Origin: Paramoeba atlantica
Lineage: Eukaryota > Protista > Discosea
Assembly: GCA_977017575.1 (NCBI GenBank)
Contig: CDRNVI010000002.1
Location: 868,001 to 932,000 of the forward strand
Reading direction: 5' to 3'
Length of the DNA stretch: 64,000 nt
Part shown: positions 40,506 to 51,906 of the stretch, piece by piece
Layout of the letters: every line of letters starts with the position of its first letter
Numbering within the stretch: the first letter of the stretch is position 1
Notes under the pieces: model-generated
The model's database searches: none
Told to the model about the DNA's origin: nothing
Seen by the model: only the letters and a program-made list of their open reading frames with translations
Translations under genes and position numbers: made by a program

Positions 40506-41197
40506 GTCCAGTTTGTGTTGTGATGTAGTATGATCACTAAAGCAGGCGGCGGAGATGCTATTGAAGGGTTTGGAGGTCACCAGATTTTTATGTTGTTAAG
40601 GTCTGAAGAAGAAAGAAATCGGGTTACTAAAAGTGGTCCCTCTATAGGGTCATGTGCTTCACTGGACTTTTGACTGAACAAAATTGGATACCAATTAACC
40701 TTGCAACGTTGCATAGAATCTCTCAGCATTACAACCTCCGTGCAAGCGTAGTGATGAAGGGTTCTCGGAATAGGTGCCAAAGCATTTGGCGAACGCTTTA
40801 CGAGTCTCCCGTTTGCTTGAAAGACACGCTGGAAACACAGCGAATTGCTTTTCGTTGTCTTTCAAGTGAATTACACATAATGATACACGTAGAGCTATCT
40901 CACCATTGAACAATTCACTCCGCACTTTGAAATAATGTATCTTTTTTGTCCGCATGATGCTTTCCTTAGGAATCAAAAATGTCAAGAGTGGAATATCCCC
41001 TAAATTGCTTAAACCTAAAATTTGAGTGGCTGAAACATAAAAAATTAACCTTTTTAACCATTTTAAAAATGGTTCGAATTAATAAGTATTTACATTTAAA
41101 ATTCTAGGATTTATCATTATAGACTAGAAATTGTCTGGAGAGGGCGGCACACGCATGACTTCTCCATGTCGTTATTAACTTTTAGTTCTCGCAGTTA

Positions 41198-42112
41198 ATG
41201 ACTACTCCCATCCTTATTAGACGTCTTGTCGCACTGACTCCTACGTGCAGACAGCAAGCACAACCGTTTTTCTTCACGACTACGCGCTATGTCACCGAAT
41301 TCTACGACAAAAACGACATCCCACATACTCCTAGTGGAGGTGATCCTTACATTATCTTTGGTCTTCATCCCGCTTCAGCAACGCTCAAAATAATTGCAAA
41401 GCAATACAAACGTCTGGTCGTAGAAAATCATCCTGACCGTCCCGGGGGGAGTACTGAAAAAATGGTAGAGATCAACGCGGCGTATAAAATTTTAAAAGAA
41501 AACCACGAGCGAATTCGCGCTCACATCAAGCGCACTGCGCACACACCCCGTCAAGCCGCGGAACACTCTCGGTCCTTTTACGAGAAAGCTAAGGCGCAAC
41601 GCGAGGAGACTTTACATCGCTCAGGGGGAATTCGCGACACGGACAGTGAGGCATGGAAATCCCAGCGTAGCTCTCACGAACGGTGGGCTCGATTTGAAAA
41701 GGAGACACGCCATGCTGTGGAGTGCATGAAGGCTCGTTTTGACCTCGCATGCATACAAGGGTTGCACATGCGCAAACCGCGCAGTTTATCTGAACTTGTG
41801 GCACGAGAGAGGTGGTTGCGTCGGGGCTACATACAGGAAATGAGATCTGCGGTTCAGAAATTGAGCTTAGATCAGTCCTCTGATTCGCTTCGAAGACGAG
41901 TAGAAGAGTTTGGCACGGCGATGGAGCGGGAATTGGTTGCTTCTATAGAGAAAAAGGAAAAAGAAATAGGACGTGCGAATTGGTATCAAAGCCTACGTAC
42001 GGCATCCGGAGTCGTTCTTATTCTTGGTGGATGCGTCCTACTTGTCTACTGGTACATTTTTATTCGATATATTCCCAATACTTTCTTTATGAAATACAAG
42101 GACGCCATGTAA
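41198..42112 (+). CDS. DnaJ-domain protein with C-terminal transmembrane helix, probably mitochondrial
   Basis: DPYIIFGL..KQYKRL...NHPDR...INAAYKIL; hydrophobic C-terminal segment. Confidence 0.8.
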   Translation: MTTPILIRRLVALTPTCRQQAQPFFFTTTRYVTEFYDKNDIPHTPSGGDPYIIFGLHPASATLKIIAKQYKRLVVENHPDRPGGSTEKMVEINAAYKILKENHERIRAHIKRTAHTPRQAAEHSRSFYEKAKAQREETLHRSGGIRDTDSEAWKSQRSSHERWARFEKETRHAVECMKARFDLACIQGLHMRKPRSLSELVARERWLRRGYIQEMRSAVQKLSLDQSSDSLRRRVEEFGTAMERELVASIEKKEKEIGRANWYQSLRTASGVVLILGGCVLLVYWYIFIRYIPNTFFMKYKDAM

Positions 42113-42367
42113 AAGAAGTACCTTCTGTTCATCAGGTAAGTTTTCACACGGCGGGCGGCGTTATACAGCAAGATACTTTGTAGCGCTCGCCTTGTTAAAA
42201 CATGAAGGGGGGAAAACATAAGGATGTAAATAATCATCCCACCGCAATTACAGCAAAACACGTCATAAATAACATGAACAACAAAACATTAATTTTTCTT
42301 TGTTTTTTAAAACAAATTTTTCTTATTCATCATTTTTTCTTACTGCGGTGAGACCATTCTTTTATTT

Positions 42368-42739
42368 ATGGCATCACGTCTTGGTAACAGTGGTCTAGGA
42401 AATCAATTTTCTGTTACTAAATTTGGAAAGCCAAGTTTTCCTTACCCTGTTCCTACTGGAGACAAAGAGCGACTTCGCTTGGCTAATCAAAAACACATCC
42501 AACAGGACACAAGCCGAGAAAAGGTGTACACATTTTGTAAGAAATGCGGCAACACTCGAATGACTGTGAACTTTAACAATCTTCCCAGTGCTCGTATCGG
42601 TCTATGGACAAAATGTCGAAATGGTATGGACTATCGACATCACGTTTGGGTACAAATACTTCGGGAAGATTATATTAAAATGAAAGAAATGGAATTGAAG
42701 GAACGTCTGAATTACTATATTTTTGACAGGGATGAATAA
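42368..42739 (+). CDS. Small hypothetical protein with CxxC...C...HH (possible zinc binding)
   Basis: 123-aa ORF on the coding strand; FCKKCG...KC..DYRHH. Confidence 0.65.
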   Translation: MASRLGNSGLGNQFSVTKFGKPSFPYPVPTGDKERLRLANQKHIQQDTSREKVYTFCKKCGNTRMTVNFNNLPSARIGLWTKCRNGMDYRHHVWVQILREDYIKMKEMELKERLNYYIFDRDE

Positions 42740-43234
42740 AGATGAACATGTTTGCAACAACCCTAAAATACGTTTAATGCAAACAGTTCAATATCGCATC
42801 ATTTATTGTGATACAATTGTGCGTTGAAGTGCATTGAATTTTATTCAATGCGCTTAGTTCATGCAGTTACACTGCGTGCTGCGTTTTCCATTGGGCATTA
42901 CATGTCCACAAAGCTATATTTCATTATAGTTCCGTCAATTTTCAGGAGAATCCGGAAGTATTGCGTGCGAATGTCCCGAAGCCAGGCACACCTGAGCGCG
43001 AACATTCAATTTACCTCATACTAGTGCCATCCCCATTTACACTTGTGTATGTGGGGTGAACACCCCTTTATACTTCCGTTATATCAAAATCCATTCGAAT
43101 ATCGCAAAACAGTATCTCGCAATGCTTTCCAAATGTCTTTTGATTTGTCCTAATTTTCTGTTGTATCAGGTCGATGACCAGAGTCCGTCGTGTAGAGACA
43201 ATGAATTTTTGTTCTGAGTAAATCCTTGTTCAAT

Positions 43235-44635
43235 ATGCCACCTGATTTCACAACGGAAATTGTATCAAAAATGGGAGCTGCCGGATGCTCGACTTTATGT
43301 ATTAAATCCTTTTTACAATCACGAAAAAGGGTTAAAGAAACAGAATCTTATATATCCGAAATTTCTATCTGTCCTGTGCGTGATATTCTCTGTTACGAAT
43401 CTTTGTCAACCGGTCAAACTGACAACCAGAAATCTGCTGCATGCGCTGTCCTAAAACTTAACGGTGGTCTTGGAACCTCTATGGGTTTGCAAGGGGCTAA
43501 ATCTCTGATAGAAGTAAAACCAGGAGCTTCTTTTCTTGATATTATACTCCAACAATTGACTTCTATAACACCTACTCCGCATCTACTATTGTTAAACTCG
43601 GTACAATCTCAAAAATCGGTTCAAGATTATCTCAACAATACGCATAACTCTTCTTCCGGGGGTTCCTTATCCGTTACGCCATTGACGCAACACAATGTAC
43701 CCCGACTGGCACCAGATGGCAAACCAATATCGTGGATGAAGGATCCAGCGGAGGAGTGGTGTCCACCAGGTCACGGCAATCTCTACACTGTTCTTTACGA
43801 AACCGGAAAACTTGAAACCTTGTTGTCCCGTGGTTACGAATGTATATTTATTTCCAATAGCGATAACCTGGGAGCTACACTCGACACGAAGATACTCGAA
43901 TATTTTATGGAATCTTCACATTGTTTCCTGATGGAAGTCTGCATGCGTCAGAAGAGAGATCGCAAAGGAGGACATTTGGCTCACAACATAGAAACAGGTG
44001 GTCTTGTTTTGCGTGAGAAGGCTCAGTGTGATGAAAGCGATATGTCTTTCTTTGAGGATATTGATAAGCATTCATATTTCAACACAAACAATCTATGGGT
44101 CAAAACACGACAGCTATATCACGTTCTGAAAGAGTCTGGCGGAGTGTTGCCTTTGCCCGTAATCCGGAATCCCAAAATTATAGGACACGGTAGCCAAGAG
44201 GAGAGACAACTGAGTTGGCAATTGGAGACTGCAGCAGGGTCAGCCATATCTGTGTTAGGCTTACGCTCCGCTGCTATTTCTGTTCCTAGGAACAGGTTTC
44301 GTCCCGTGAAGCATCTTTCTGACTTATTAGTACTTCGGAGTGACGCGTATGCGATCACTCCGGATGGAGAACTACAGCTTTTGGCATCCGGCGAAGGCCC
44401 CGACGTACAGTTGGATGAACAGTACCGCACTCTAGAAGATATAGAGGATCTCACTCCTTTTGGAGTGCCTAGTCTAAGGTATTGTACTAGCTTAAGAATT
44501 CGGGGGAAGGTGATTTTTGAATCTGGAGTGATTATTCGGGGTGAGGTAATCATTGAGAACGAGAGACCAAATTTCAGATGTGTGGTGCAGGAAAACTGTT
44601 ATGAGAATACCAATGTCGTATTTTCTTCTCACTAA
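43235..44635 (+). CDS. UGP: UDP-glucose pyrophosphorylase (UTP-glucose-1-phosphate uridylyltransferase)
   Basis: VLKLNGGLGTSMGL, WCPPGHG, SNSDNLGA, KGGHL, FNTNNLW, RFRPVK..DLLVLRSDAY. Confidence 0.92.
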   Translation: MPPDFTTEIVSKMGAAGCSTLCIKSFLQSRKRVKETESYISEISICPVRDILCYESLSTGQTDNQKSAACAVLKLNGGLGTSMGLQGAKSLIEVKPGASFLDIILQQLTSITPTPHLLLLNSVQSQKSVQDYLNNTHNSSSGGSLSVTPLTQHNVPRLAPDGKPISWMKDPAEEWCPPGHGNLYTVLYETGKLETLLSRGYECIFISNSDNLGATLDTKILEYFMESSHCFLMEVCMRQKRDRKGGHLAHNIETGGLVLREKAQCDESDMSFFEDIDKHSYFNTNNLWVKTRQLYHVLKESGGVLPLPVIRNPKIIGHGSQEERQLSWQLETAAGSAISVLGLRSAAISVPRNRFRPVKHLSDLLVLRSDAYAITPDGELQLLASGEGPDVQLDEQYRTLEDIEDLTPFGVPSLRYCTSLRIRGKVIFESGVIIRGEVIIENERPNFRCVVQENCYENTNVVFSSH

Positions 44636-44805
44636 GTTGCTTACATGAGATAACGATTTCTGTAGATATTGTTTACAGAAATCTTTTTTAGTAAAGATAC
44701 AATATTAAAAGTACTTTTTTCACTTGTGGAATGCAACGATATTCGATCGCCTAAGCTTACACTATACTTTTTCAGTGCAAAGTGGGTAGTTTTTTATATT
44801 TCTTT

Positions 44806-46278
44806 ATGGGCGACAAACATTACCTTTATGTGCACAATTGCTCACCTGCCATATCGGAGTCAGAACTGCGAGCAATTTTTGGATGTATCGGTCATGTTGA
44901 ATCTCTCCGTAGACAATTTGATGCTCAGCACAATACTTTTCATTGGCTAGTTGAATACGTCGATGAACAGAAGGTTGCGACTGCAATTGATGCGCTACAG
45001 GGATATGAACTTCTTGGCATTCCACTTCAGTTGTGTTCTAGCCAAAGATCTCCAATACCAGTGGAACTTGCTCCAACTTCAGCTGAACCAGCCATTCCTT
45101 CGTCCGCTAAATTAAAAATCGTTGGTTTACACTACTTGGATGAACAGATGCGTACATTCTTGGATTTGGATCTTAAAGACCATATTCAGAGAAACGAAGC
45201 TCGAATTATTGAACTGACGCAGCAATTACAAAATTTTGATCCGGTTCCGGCACATAGAGTCCCCTTTCTGTCTGCAAATTGTGTAACTCTTCATAAAGTC
45301 TCTAATGAAATTACGAGAGAAGCACTAGAAAGTGCCATTGGGAGTCTTTGGCGGGATTCAATGTACGCTATCGAATGCCCATGTGATGATCCCATGAGTA
45401 GGCATTGGTTAATAGATTTGGGTAATACAGCAAACGTTAAAAAAATTATACAGTGTCAAGTTTTGCGACTTCGGGATAACCCTCCGACCAGTGCCTTGTT
45501 ACGTCTCCCAATTGAAAGTGAGGTCAAATATGCGAGAAGTCAAGTGTACCCGGAAGAGAATGCGTCTTCCGAATATACTGCATTCGCAAAGGCACAAAAA
45601 AGCGAATCTCTCGCTTCAATTAACGAAGGAGGAAAGATGACTGCACATCTAATTAATGCGAAATCTGCAGAAGAGAATTTGTCAACGCGTGAGAGAACAT
45701 CCGAAATAACGGAAGGTGCAGTAGTCTTAGATGATGCACATATTAAGAAGGGGTCTTCTAGTTTGCCGCGTTATAATCAACCTTTGCGTAGTTCTGCTTC
45801 TACTTCTAGGGATAAAAAAGCATATGAGGCGTACCATTACTCGGCTTCTACTTACAAAAGGAAGACCAGTTTATCTTCAGAAGAGTTGTCACCTCTAAGT
45901 CAAAATCAGATGAACCGGTCGCACAGCCGCAGTCCTAGACGCCGCAGCCCTCGTAGACACGATCAAAGAAGTTACAGTCCTAGACGCCGAAGTCCTCGCA
46001 AACGCGAACATAGAAGTCGAACACCCAGAAATCGTAGTCCCAGAAAACATAGCTCTCGAGACCGTAGTTCTTGTAGTCGAAATTCCAATAGGTATAGTTA
46101 CCATCGAAGATCTCGAAGTCGTACGCCACCCAGAAGATACTCGCGGCATTCTCGCAGTCCGACAAGGAAAATATCGAGTGGGAGCAAGTATCGCAGTCCC
46201 ACACCGACGAAAAGAAGTCGACAACGACATTACGAGCGTGTCTCGAGTCGCCACAATACTCACGGGAAAAGCTATTAG
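44806..46278 (+). CDS. RRM plus RS-domain (SR-related) RNA-binding protein
   Basis: LYVHNCSPAISESELRAIFG..G.V (RNP2); C-terminal RSRSPRR repeats. Confidence 0.75.
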   Translation: MGDKHYLYVHNCSPAISESELRAIFGCIGHVESLRRQFDAQHNTFHWLVEYVDEQKVATAIDALQGYELLGIPLQLCSSQRSPIPVELAPTSAEPAIPSSAKLKIVGLHYLDEQMRTFLDLDLKDHIQRNEARIIELTQQLQNFDPVPAHRVPFLSANCVTLHKVSNEITREALESAIGSLWRDSMYAIECPCDDPMSRHWLIDLGNTANVKKIIQCQVLRLRDNPPTSALLRLPIESEVKYARSQVYPEENASSEYTAFAKAQKSESLASINEGGKMTAHLINAKSAEENLSTRERTSEITEGAVVLDDAHIKKGSSSLPRYNQPLRSSASTSRDKKAYEAYHYSASTYKRKTSLSSEELSPLSQNQMNRSHSRSPRRRSPRRHDQRSYSPRRRSPRKREHRSRTPRNRSPRKHSSRDRSSCSRNSNRYSYHRRSRSRTPPRRYSRHSRSPTRKISSGSKYRSPTPTKRSRQRHYERVSSRHNTHGKSY

Positions 46279-46601
46279 ACTTTGCTTTAGTCGGACATTT
46301 TTTTGCTATAGATTTCTTCACGTTAGAACATGACACTACTTATTGAGGATTCTTAAAGTTTTATTACTCTAGTTACAGATGGGTAGACTTTGGATGCTTC
46401 TTCAGATTTTCACTTACACATTAAAATCTCTTTAAAATGTGTCTGTGCTTCTACACGACGCTATTCTACACGATACTCTGAGCACTACTCAAACTCGAAA
46501 AGCAAAGCAAGCGAGTTAGCGTAGCATGCCGCTCGTGTTCTTGGAGCTTTAGTGCTGAAGAATATTTACGAAAAAACTCAAGTGTTCAAGCAACGTCTTC
46601 C

Positions 46602-48482
46602 ATGGGACTTAATTTACCACGGGCAATACGAGGCATGTTGGGACCTTCTGTCGTATCTTCGCTTAATTCTCTTTTTGAGAACGAGCATTGGGTTCCTCCA
46701 CGGGCTCTTGAGCGTCACCTAAATGCCCTTGATCAATCCCTTCTCTCTTTGCAAGATTTACTTCGTGATGATTCAAGATGGGAATCACGAGATTTCATGA
46801 AAGCGAGAAATGAGGTATTGCGTGACGTGTTCTACGACCCAAGTTTAGTGTGGTCCGATCGCGAGAAAGAAAGTGGACTAGGCGGTCTCGTGGAAAAGGG
46901 GGTATTAAAGGTGGCTCGAGTAGATGGAGAAACGCGATATCTTTTAGGGGAGTCGTCACGGGTCGCGTTAACTGACCTTATTATTGGTACTGCATCTTTT
47001 CCCGAGACCTCAAGCAATGTTATGGGGCGATGCGTGAAGCACAGTTCCCTCGGGAAGCCACTTGATAAGACCTGTGTAGCCTGTTTAAGAGCATCTATCT
47101 ATTGGTACGCGAGTGACGTATTCAATCATGGTCTCATGTTCCGGGGCCTCAAAGGTGGAATAAACGTCCACGCTTCCACTAGTGAACATGAGAGTTCCCA
47201 TGTAGCAAATAGTACATCCTTTAATATTGCCAATGGCACGCCATACGATCGCAAGAATGGGATGTCAAATGTTTCTCGAATAGTCTCGAAGATCCCTGCA
47301 CAGCTCAAAGTTGGATCCTCGAAAGAAAAGTTTATTGAAAATTTTCTATTTTTTTGCAAGAATCATTTAGGCTCCGGTTGGACTTGGTTAGTTTACGACA
47401 CGAAGGGAGAAAAGGTCGATGTGCTAAACACGCCGAATCATATTTGTGCCCTTGCCGTAGGATTTTGGCCGCTCCTTTGTCTAGATATGTGGGAGCATGC
47501 CTGGGCTTTCACGGAGAAGGACTTTTTGTCATTAAAAACAAAGAAAAATTTTGACGACAACGACCCTCCACCATGGACTCGAGCAGCAAGAAGAAAAATT
47601 CGCGGACTGCCATCTCTTGCCGCAACCATAACCACCCCAGCGGTCTACACTTCGTCCAGTCCGCAGGAGGAGAAAGAAAAATACGTCTCTTATCTAGATT
47701 GTGTGGATTGGGAGTTTGTTTCAGGACAAATCCGTGCAGCGCAGTCGTGGCAAACTCGAAAAGATGTTGAAACACAGAAATGGGATTCATTCGTGCGCAG
47801 CGAACGCGACAAGGCGGAGGCAGAAATGAAAAAAGCAGCCTCGGTTGAAAAATTAAAGGAGGAAAGTTTGGACGAGGGTGTTCAGGACTCTGAAGACACT
47901 GCAGAGGCGTCCGAAGAGGAAGTAAAGGACGAGGACGACACGAGTTCAGGTCGAAATGAAGCTGAGCTAGAAGATAACGACGAGGAAAATGACAATAAGG
48001 AATCACATAAGGACATCAATGATTCTATCGCTCCGGGTTCTGTGGAGACTCAGCATAAATTTGAAAGTCAACAACCTTCCTCTGTTGGAGACGAACTGGG
48101 TGACGAAGCTGAAGGAATTTGTATCGGAGTAGGTAGTGAGGTTACGTCCCGTGAACTTGTAAAGAAATCTCTCCTTGCAGAGAAAGGGGATGTTGAATCT
48201 TTCGTAAGTTCGAAAACGCCGGTCTCTAGTATTGTCTCATCCTGTGACGCATCTAGTGACACTCTATCTAATGCGGGAAAGGAATCTTTAAAAACATCTA
48301 CATCCACCACATTAGAAGAGCAATTGTGGAATGATATGTTCTCCGACCAAGAGGATATATCTCCAAGCGCTTCAAAAACTGAACCTGATGCAGTCTCGCA
48401 TACGGATGAGAAAGAAGATGAAGAAGACGATCTTCTTTATTCTTCGAAATTAAAGAAAGGGTCACCGCCGATGGATGAATGA
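46602..48482 (+). CDS. Fe/Mn superoxide dismutase-like protein with long acidic tail (mS42/mS43-type candidate)
   Basis: VFNHGLMF, GSGWTWLVYD, NTPN, PLLCLDMWEHAW; about 626 aa, far longer than catalytic SODs. Confidence 0.7.
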   Translation: MGLNLPRAIRGMLGPSVVSSLNSLFENEHWVPPRALERHLNALDQSLLSLQDLLRDDSRWESRDFMKARNEVLRDVFYDPSLVWSDREKESGLGGLVEKGVLKVARVDGETRYLLGESSRVALTDLIIGTASFPETSSNVMGRCVKHSSLGKPLDKTCVACLRASIYWYASDVFNHGLMFRGLKGGINVHASTSEHESSHVANSTSFNIANGTPYDRKNGMSNVSRIVSKIPAQLKVGSSKEKFIENFLFFCKNHLGSGWTWLVYDTKGEKVDVLNTPNHICALAVGFWPLLCLDMWEHAWAFTEKDFLSLKTKKNFDDNDPPPWTRAARRKIRGLPSLAATITTPAVYTSSSPQEEKEKYVSYLDCVDWEFVSGQIRAAQSWQTRKDVETQKWDSFVRSERDKAEAEMKKAASVEKLKEESLDEGVQDSEDTAEASEEEVKDEDDTSSGRNEAELEDNDEENDNKESHKDINDSIAPGSVETQHKFESQQPSSVGDELGDEAEGICIGVGSEVTSRELVKKSLLAEKGDVESFVSSKTPVSSIVSSCDASSDTLSNAGKESLKTSTSTTLEEQLWNDMFSDQEDISPSASKTEPDAVSHTDEKEDEEDDLLYSSKLKKGSPPMDE

Positions 48483-48681
48483 AAGGTTTTCCCCTGAATA
48501 TTGATTTTCCGAAACATTTTTTACTGACGTGCCACGGTTTCCTAAGCCTGTAGGAAGTCAGTAGGTCTTGATGCAATTTTATTTTTGGCTAGGCCTTGTT
48601 TTTTGTCTGACTACAATTGTCTCTTTGTTTTCAAATTTCTTACAGTTGATTTTGCATTCAGCAGTAAGTAGCGTACAGTAG

Positions 48682-50599
48682 GAGGGTTGAAACCTGTCAG
48701 GTTTTGCCGGGTTTTGCCAGGTTTTGCCAGGACACCTATTTTTGGGGGGTCACTTTGGGAGGCGTGCCACGGCTTCAAGAAGGGGTATTTTCGACGAAAC
48801 AGACCTGGAACTTAGGTGTCAGTGAGGTTCCTTTTGATGCCATCACAAATCATATGATGGAATTTTTGAAGAAGTGTTATGGCGGGGTATATGAAGATAG
48901 CAAGCGGGATCGGGAGGTTGTGATTCAATGGTTCAAGACGATTTGGCGTGGTCTACGAGGTGGGACTATTGAATACGGCAGAGTGCACCGCGATCGCAGT
49001 AAAAATCTTAAGGAGAAGGTGCAAGAAATTTGTAGCCGCACGGATGAGATTCTTGTAGAGTTCAAGAAGGTGCAAAGAGAGGTCGGAGAATTGCGGGATG
49101 AAGTACTTGCTCTACGGAAAAAAGTGATCCATCTTGAAATTCTGAGTATCAAGCAGACGACTGAAAGCATGGGTGAAGTCCATGGGGAAGGAATGAAGAA
49201 AGGAATTTAATTATGATGGACGGGTGTCCTTTAGCATGGAGCGGACCATTTGAAGGGCGGATGCGAATGTTTCGCAAACTCTTCGATCCCTGGATTTTCG
49301 CATAAAAAAGATGAGTTATGGCCGATAAGGCATATAAACGTTTATAAACGTACGACATTGTCTATGCCAAGAAAAGGGTAATGATATTGATGAGCAATTC
49401 GACATGGAGTTTCGGCGAATAAGAAATCGGATCGAACGCTTTTTTGCTCATATAGATCACCACAAAATTCTTCACTATAATCAACACCGCATTGATTTTG
49501 TCAAATCCGGCTTTGGACTGCTTTGGAATGCAGAATGCTTTCGGTGGAAATTTTGCAAGCGAGAATTGTAACGCGACACGGTGGTTATGTTAGATGCTGA
49601 GTCGAAGTTTGTAAACGAGTGGAAATCTAGGCCAGATTGTTTGTGTACATTTTTTAAGGATGATGCTAGAGACAAAGAAGCAATAAAAGATTACCGCGAC
49701 AGTATAAAGCGAGAACTTTACATTTCTGGGATCAGTAATGTAGGAAAGTGCCCAGCACATGCCAAGAAATCGGATGTAACATACAGGGGGGGGTCACGAA
49801 AAAGGTGGGGGGTCTAAAATTTGTACCGTGCGAGCTTTTGACCTAATTCCTTCGGCATTCAACAGATCTCGAAATTTTAAGACTACTGGCACCATTGTTG
49901 CCGCCCCTGAAGCTGATATGACGTCATGATAAATTTTTACTGAATTTTTTACCTGAAAATTCTGCAAGAAATCGGATTTTTATCATTTTTTATCATTTTA
50001 GCCCATTAATCTATGAATAAAATACCACTTAACTCTTTCTAACACATCGTGATGAGACGGTCACTAATGAAACGTTTCTCTCTGCCATGACAAAACGAAA
50101 TAGTTTCTACAACTGGTTAAAGCGTAAACCAGCGGCAACAGTGATCATGGATAACGCTCCGGGCCATAATCACGCTCGCCGCGCTTTGTTTATACAAAGC
50201 TAACGAAAAGTGAAATTCAGAGGAAAAACGAAAAGTTGAAACTCATACACGATGAAGAACAAACTTCCAAGAGAAAGTTTCGCAAATATTCCAATCGGAT
50301 GGACAAGAAAATGTTTAATCAGAACGAATAATTTATTCGTTCATTATTATAATGTTATCAGAATCCGTGATACTATCCTCAGCTGTAAAAGAATGGAGGA
50401 AGGCGGGTGTCCGCTAATTATTAGATAGGGTAATTTTTACTGAGAAAAAAGAATATCAGAATAATTTCAGTAAGGGCACGACGGAGGTCAACTATTCTTC
50501 ACTATTTTTGACTAAGTACTTTTCTTCACTACGTCAGAGTGGACTTCGCGGTTTTTGCCAGGTTTTGCCAGGTTTTGTCTTTCGTAGGTTTCAACCCTC
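48682..50599 (+). mobile_element. Degenerate PIF/Harbinger-like DNA transposon with 14-bp TIRs
   Basis: TIRs GAGGGTTGAAACCT (48682-48695) and AGGTTTCAACCCTC (50586-50599); flanks TAG/TAA; DDE_Tnp_4-like relic WSGPFEG..MADKAY..FDMEFRRIRNRIERFF. Confidence 0.7.
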
Positions 50600-50620
50600 T
50601 AAGTTAGTTGATTTTTCACT

Positions 50621-51352
50621 ATGATACTACATACATGTATGATAGCTCCCGCGGACGAACCACATTGTAACCACTGCATCACGAAACCCCGCTGCGCAAG
50701 TAAAGTACATTCCAGTGTTTTACCTCCGGAGTACCGTCTTGCCCAGGTAGTACACAATATTTCCAATCCGGCACCATCTTGGAAGGTCACACACTCAGCA
50801 TGTGAATGGGAAGGCGTCTCCTGTGACCTCCATGGCAGAGCTTCAAGCATTGACTGGGAGTTGCCAACCCGAACCCTAAGCGGAACACTTGACATTATTC
50901 TACTTCCTGGTACTGTTGTCTCGTTTGATTGTTGCGAGAATGAAATTGTAGGTAAGGTGGATCTGATTGGTCTTCCGGAGGCTTTAAAAAAGATAAATCT
51001 AGCGTACAACTTTTTTACGGGAAAAGCTTCGTTGCATTCATTACCCAGCACATTGCAGCGTCTTGTTTTGGCCGAAAATGAGCTACAAGGCACGGTCGAT
51101 TTAACTCAGCTTCCTACAACACTGTCATTTCTTTCACTTCGTTGTAATCATTTCTATGGAAAACTTAACTTTCTTCATCTTCCCCAACATCTTGCTGTTC
51201 TTTATCTGAACCAAAACAGGTTTTCTGGGTTAGCTAACATGCGCAATTTACCTCCAAAGATGCGTATCATAAATTTATGCGAAAATTGCTTCAGTGATAT
51301 AGTACCGAGGCCCGCTCCGCTATGCGTGGCCACAATTGGAATGTTTGCTTAA
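50621..51352 (+). CDS. Leucine-rich repeat protein, intact paralog
   Basis: SACEWEGVSC cap; G.VDLTQLPTTL..L.L..N.F repeats. Confidence 0.85.
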   Translation: MILHTCMIAPADEPHCNHCITKPRCASKVHSSVLPPEYRLAQVVHNISNPAPSWKVTHSACEWEGVSCDLHGRASSIDWELPTRTLSGTLDIILLPGTVVSFDCCENEIVGKVDLIGLPEALKKINLAYNFFTGKASLHSLPSTLQRLVLAENELQGTVDLTQLPTTLSFLSLRCNHFYGKLNFLHLPQHLAVLYLNQNRFSGLANMRNLPPKMRIINLCENCFSDIVPRPAPLCVATIGMFA

Positions 51353-51906
51353 TCACTAGGCGAAAAAATACTAACAGGAAGAAGCAGAAGTATCAATGCT
51401 ACTATTAAACTCGATCAATACCAGCGTTAACGGCGGCCCCAAAGTACATATACTTGTCAATACCTGTCTTTAGGATATCCCAGAGTTCATTTGCAAGAAC
51501 AGATTCGTACTGATGCAGCTTTTCAGTCTTGGGAAAAAATGTAGGAAATTGCTGAATTGTGATGTTAGATGGACATTGTTCAAGGAAAGACCGAACGTCA
51601 AGAACTGTTGCGAAGGAATGCTCATAAGCGCATGCATGCAAGGAACGGTGCGAGTAGCGTAAAATCCAGCCTCCTTGTTGCTTGTCAAGGCGACCTGAAC
51701 GGCTGTAGCCTGCTCCGGCTTGACTCGGATTTCACATTCTCTCCTATGATGATAATAATTTCGTGTCCGACAATGAGACTCGAAACGACAGCCAGGGGCA
51801 GTGCATTCGTAGCTGGCCGGAAGCTCTGATAAAATTCTGGAGATTCAGCTCAAGGTCGCAAAGTTAGGAAAGTAGTAAATCTGTGAGAAGTAATTAATTA
51901 TTCTTT

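Noticed and set aside
40570-40985. Possible transposon relic or small ORFs between AP-4 mu and DnaJ (similarly 1708-2049 and 51405-51829)
   Set aside because: No recognisable motif in any frame; left unannotated
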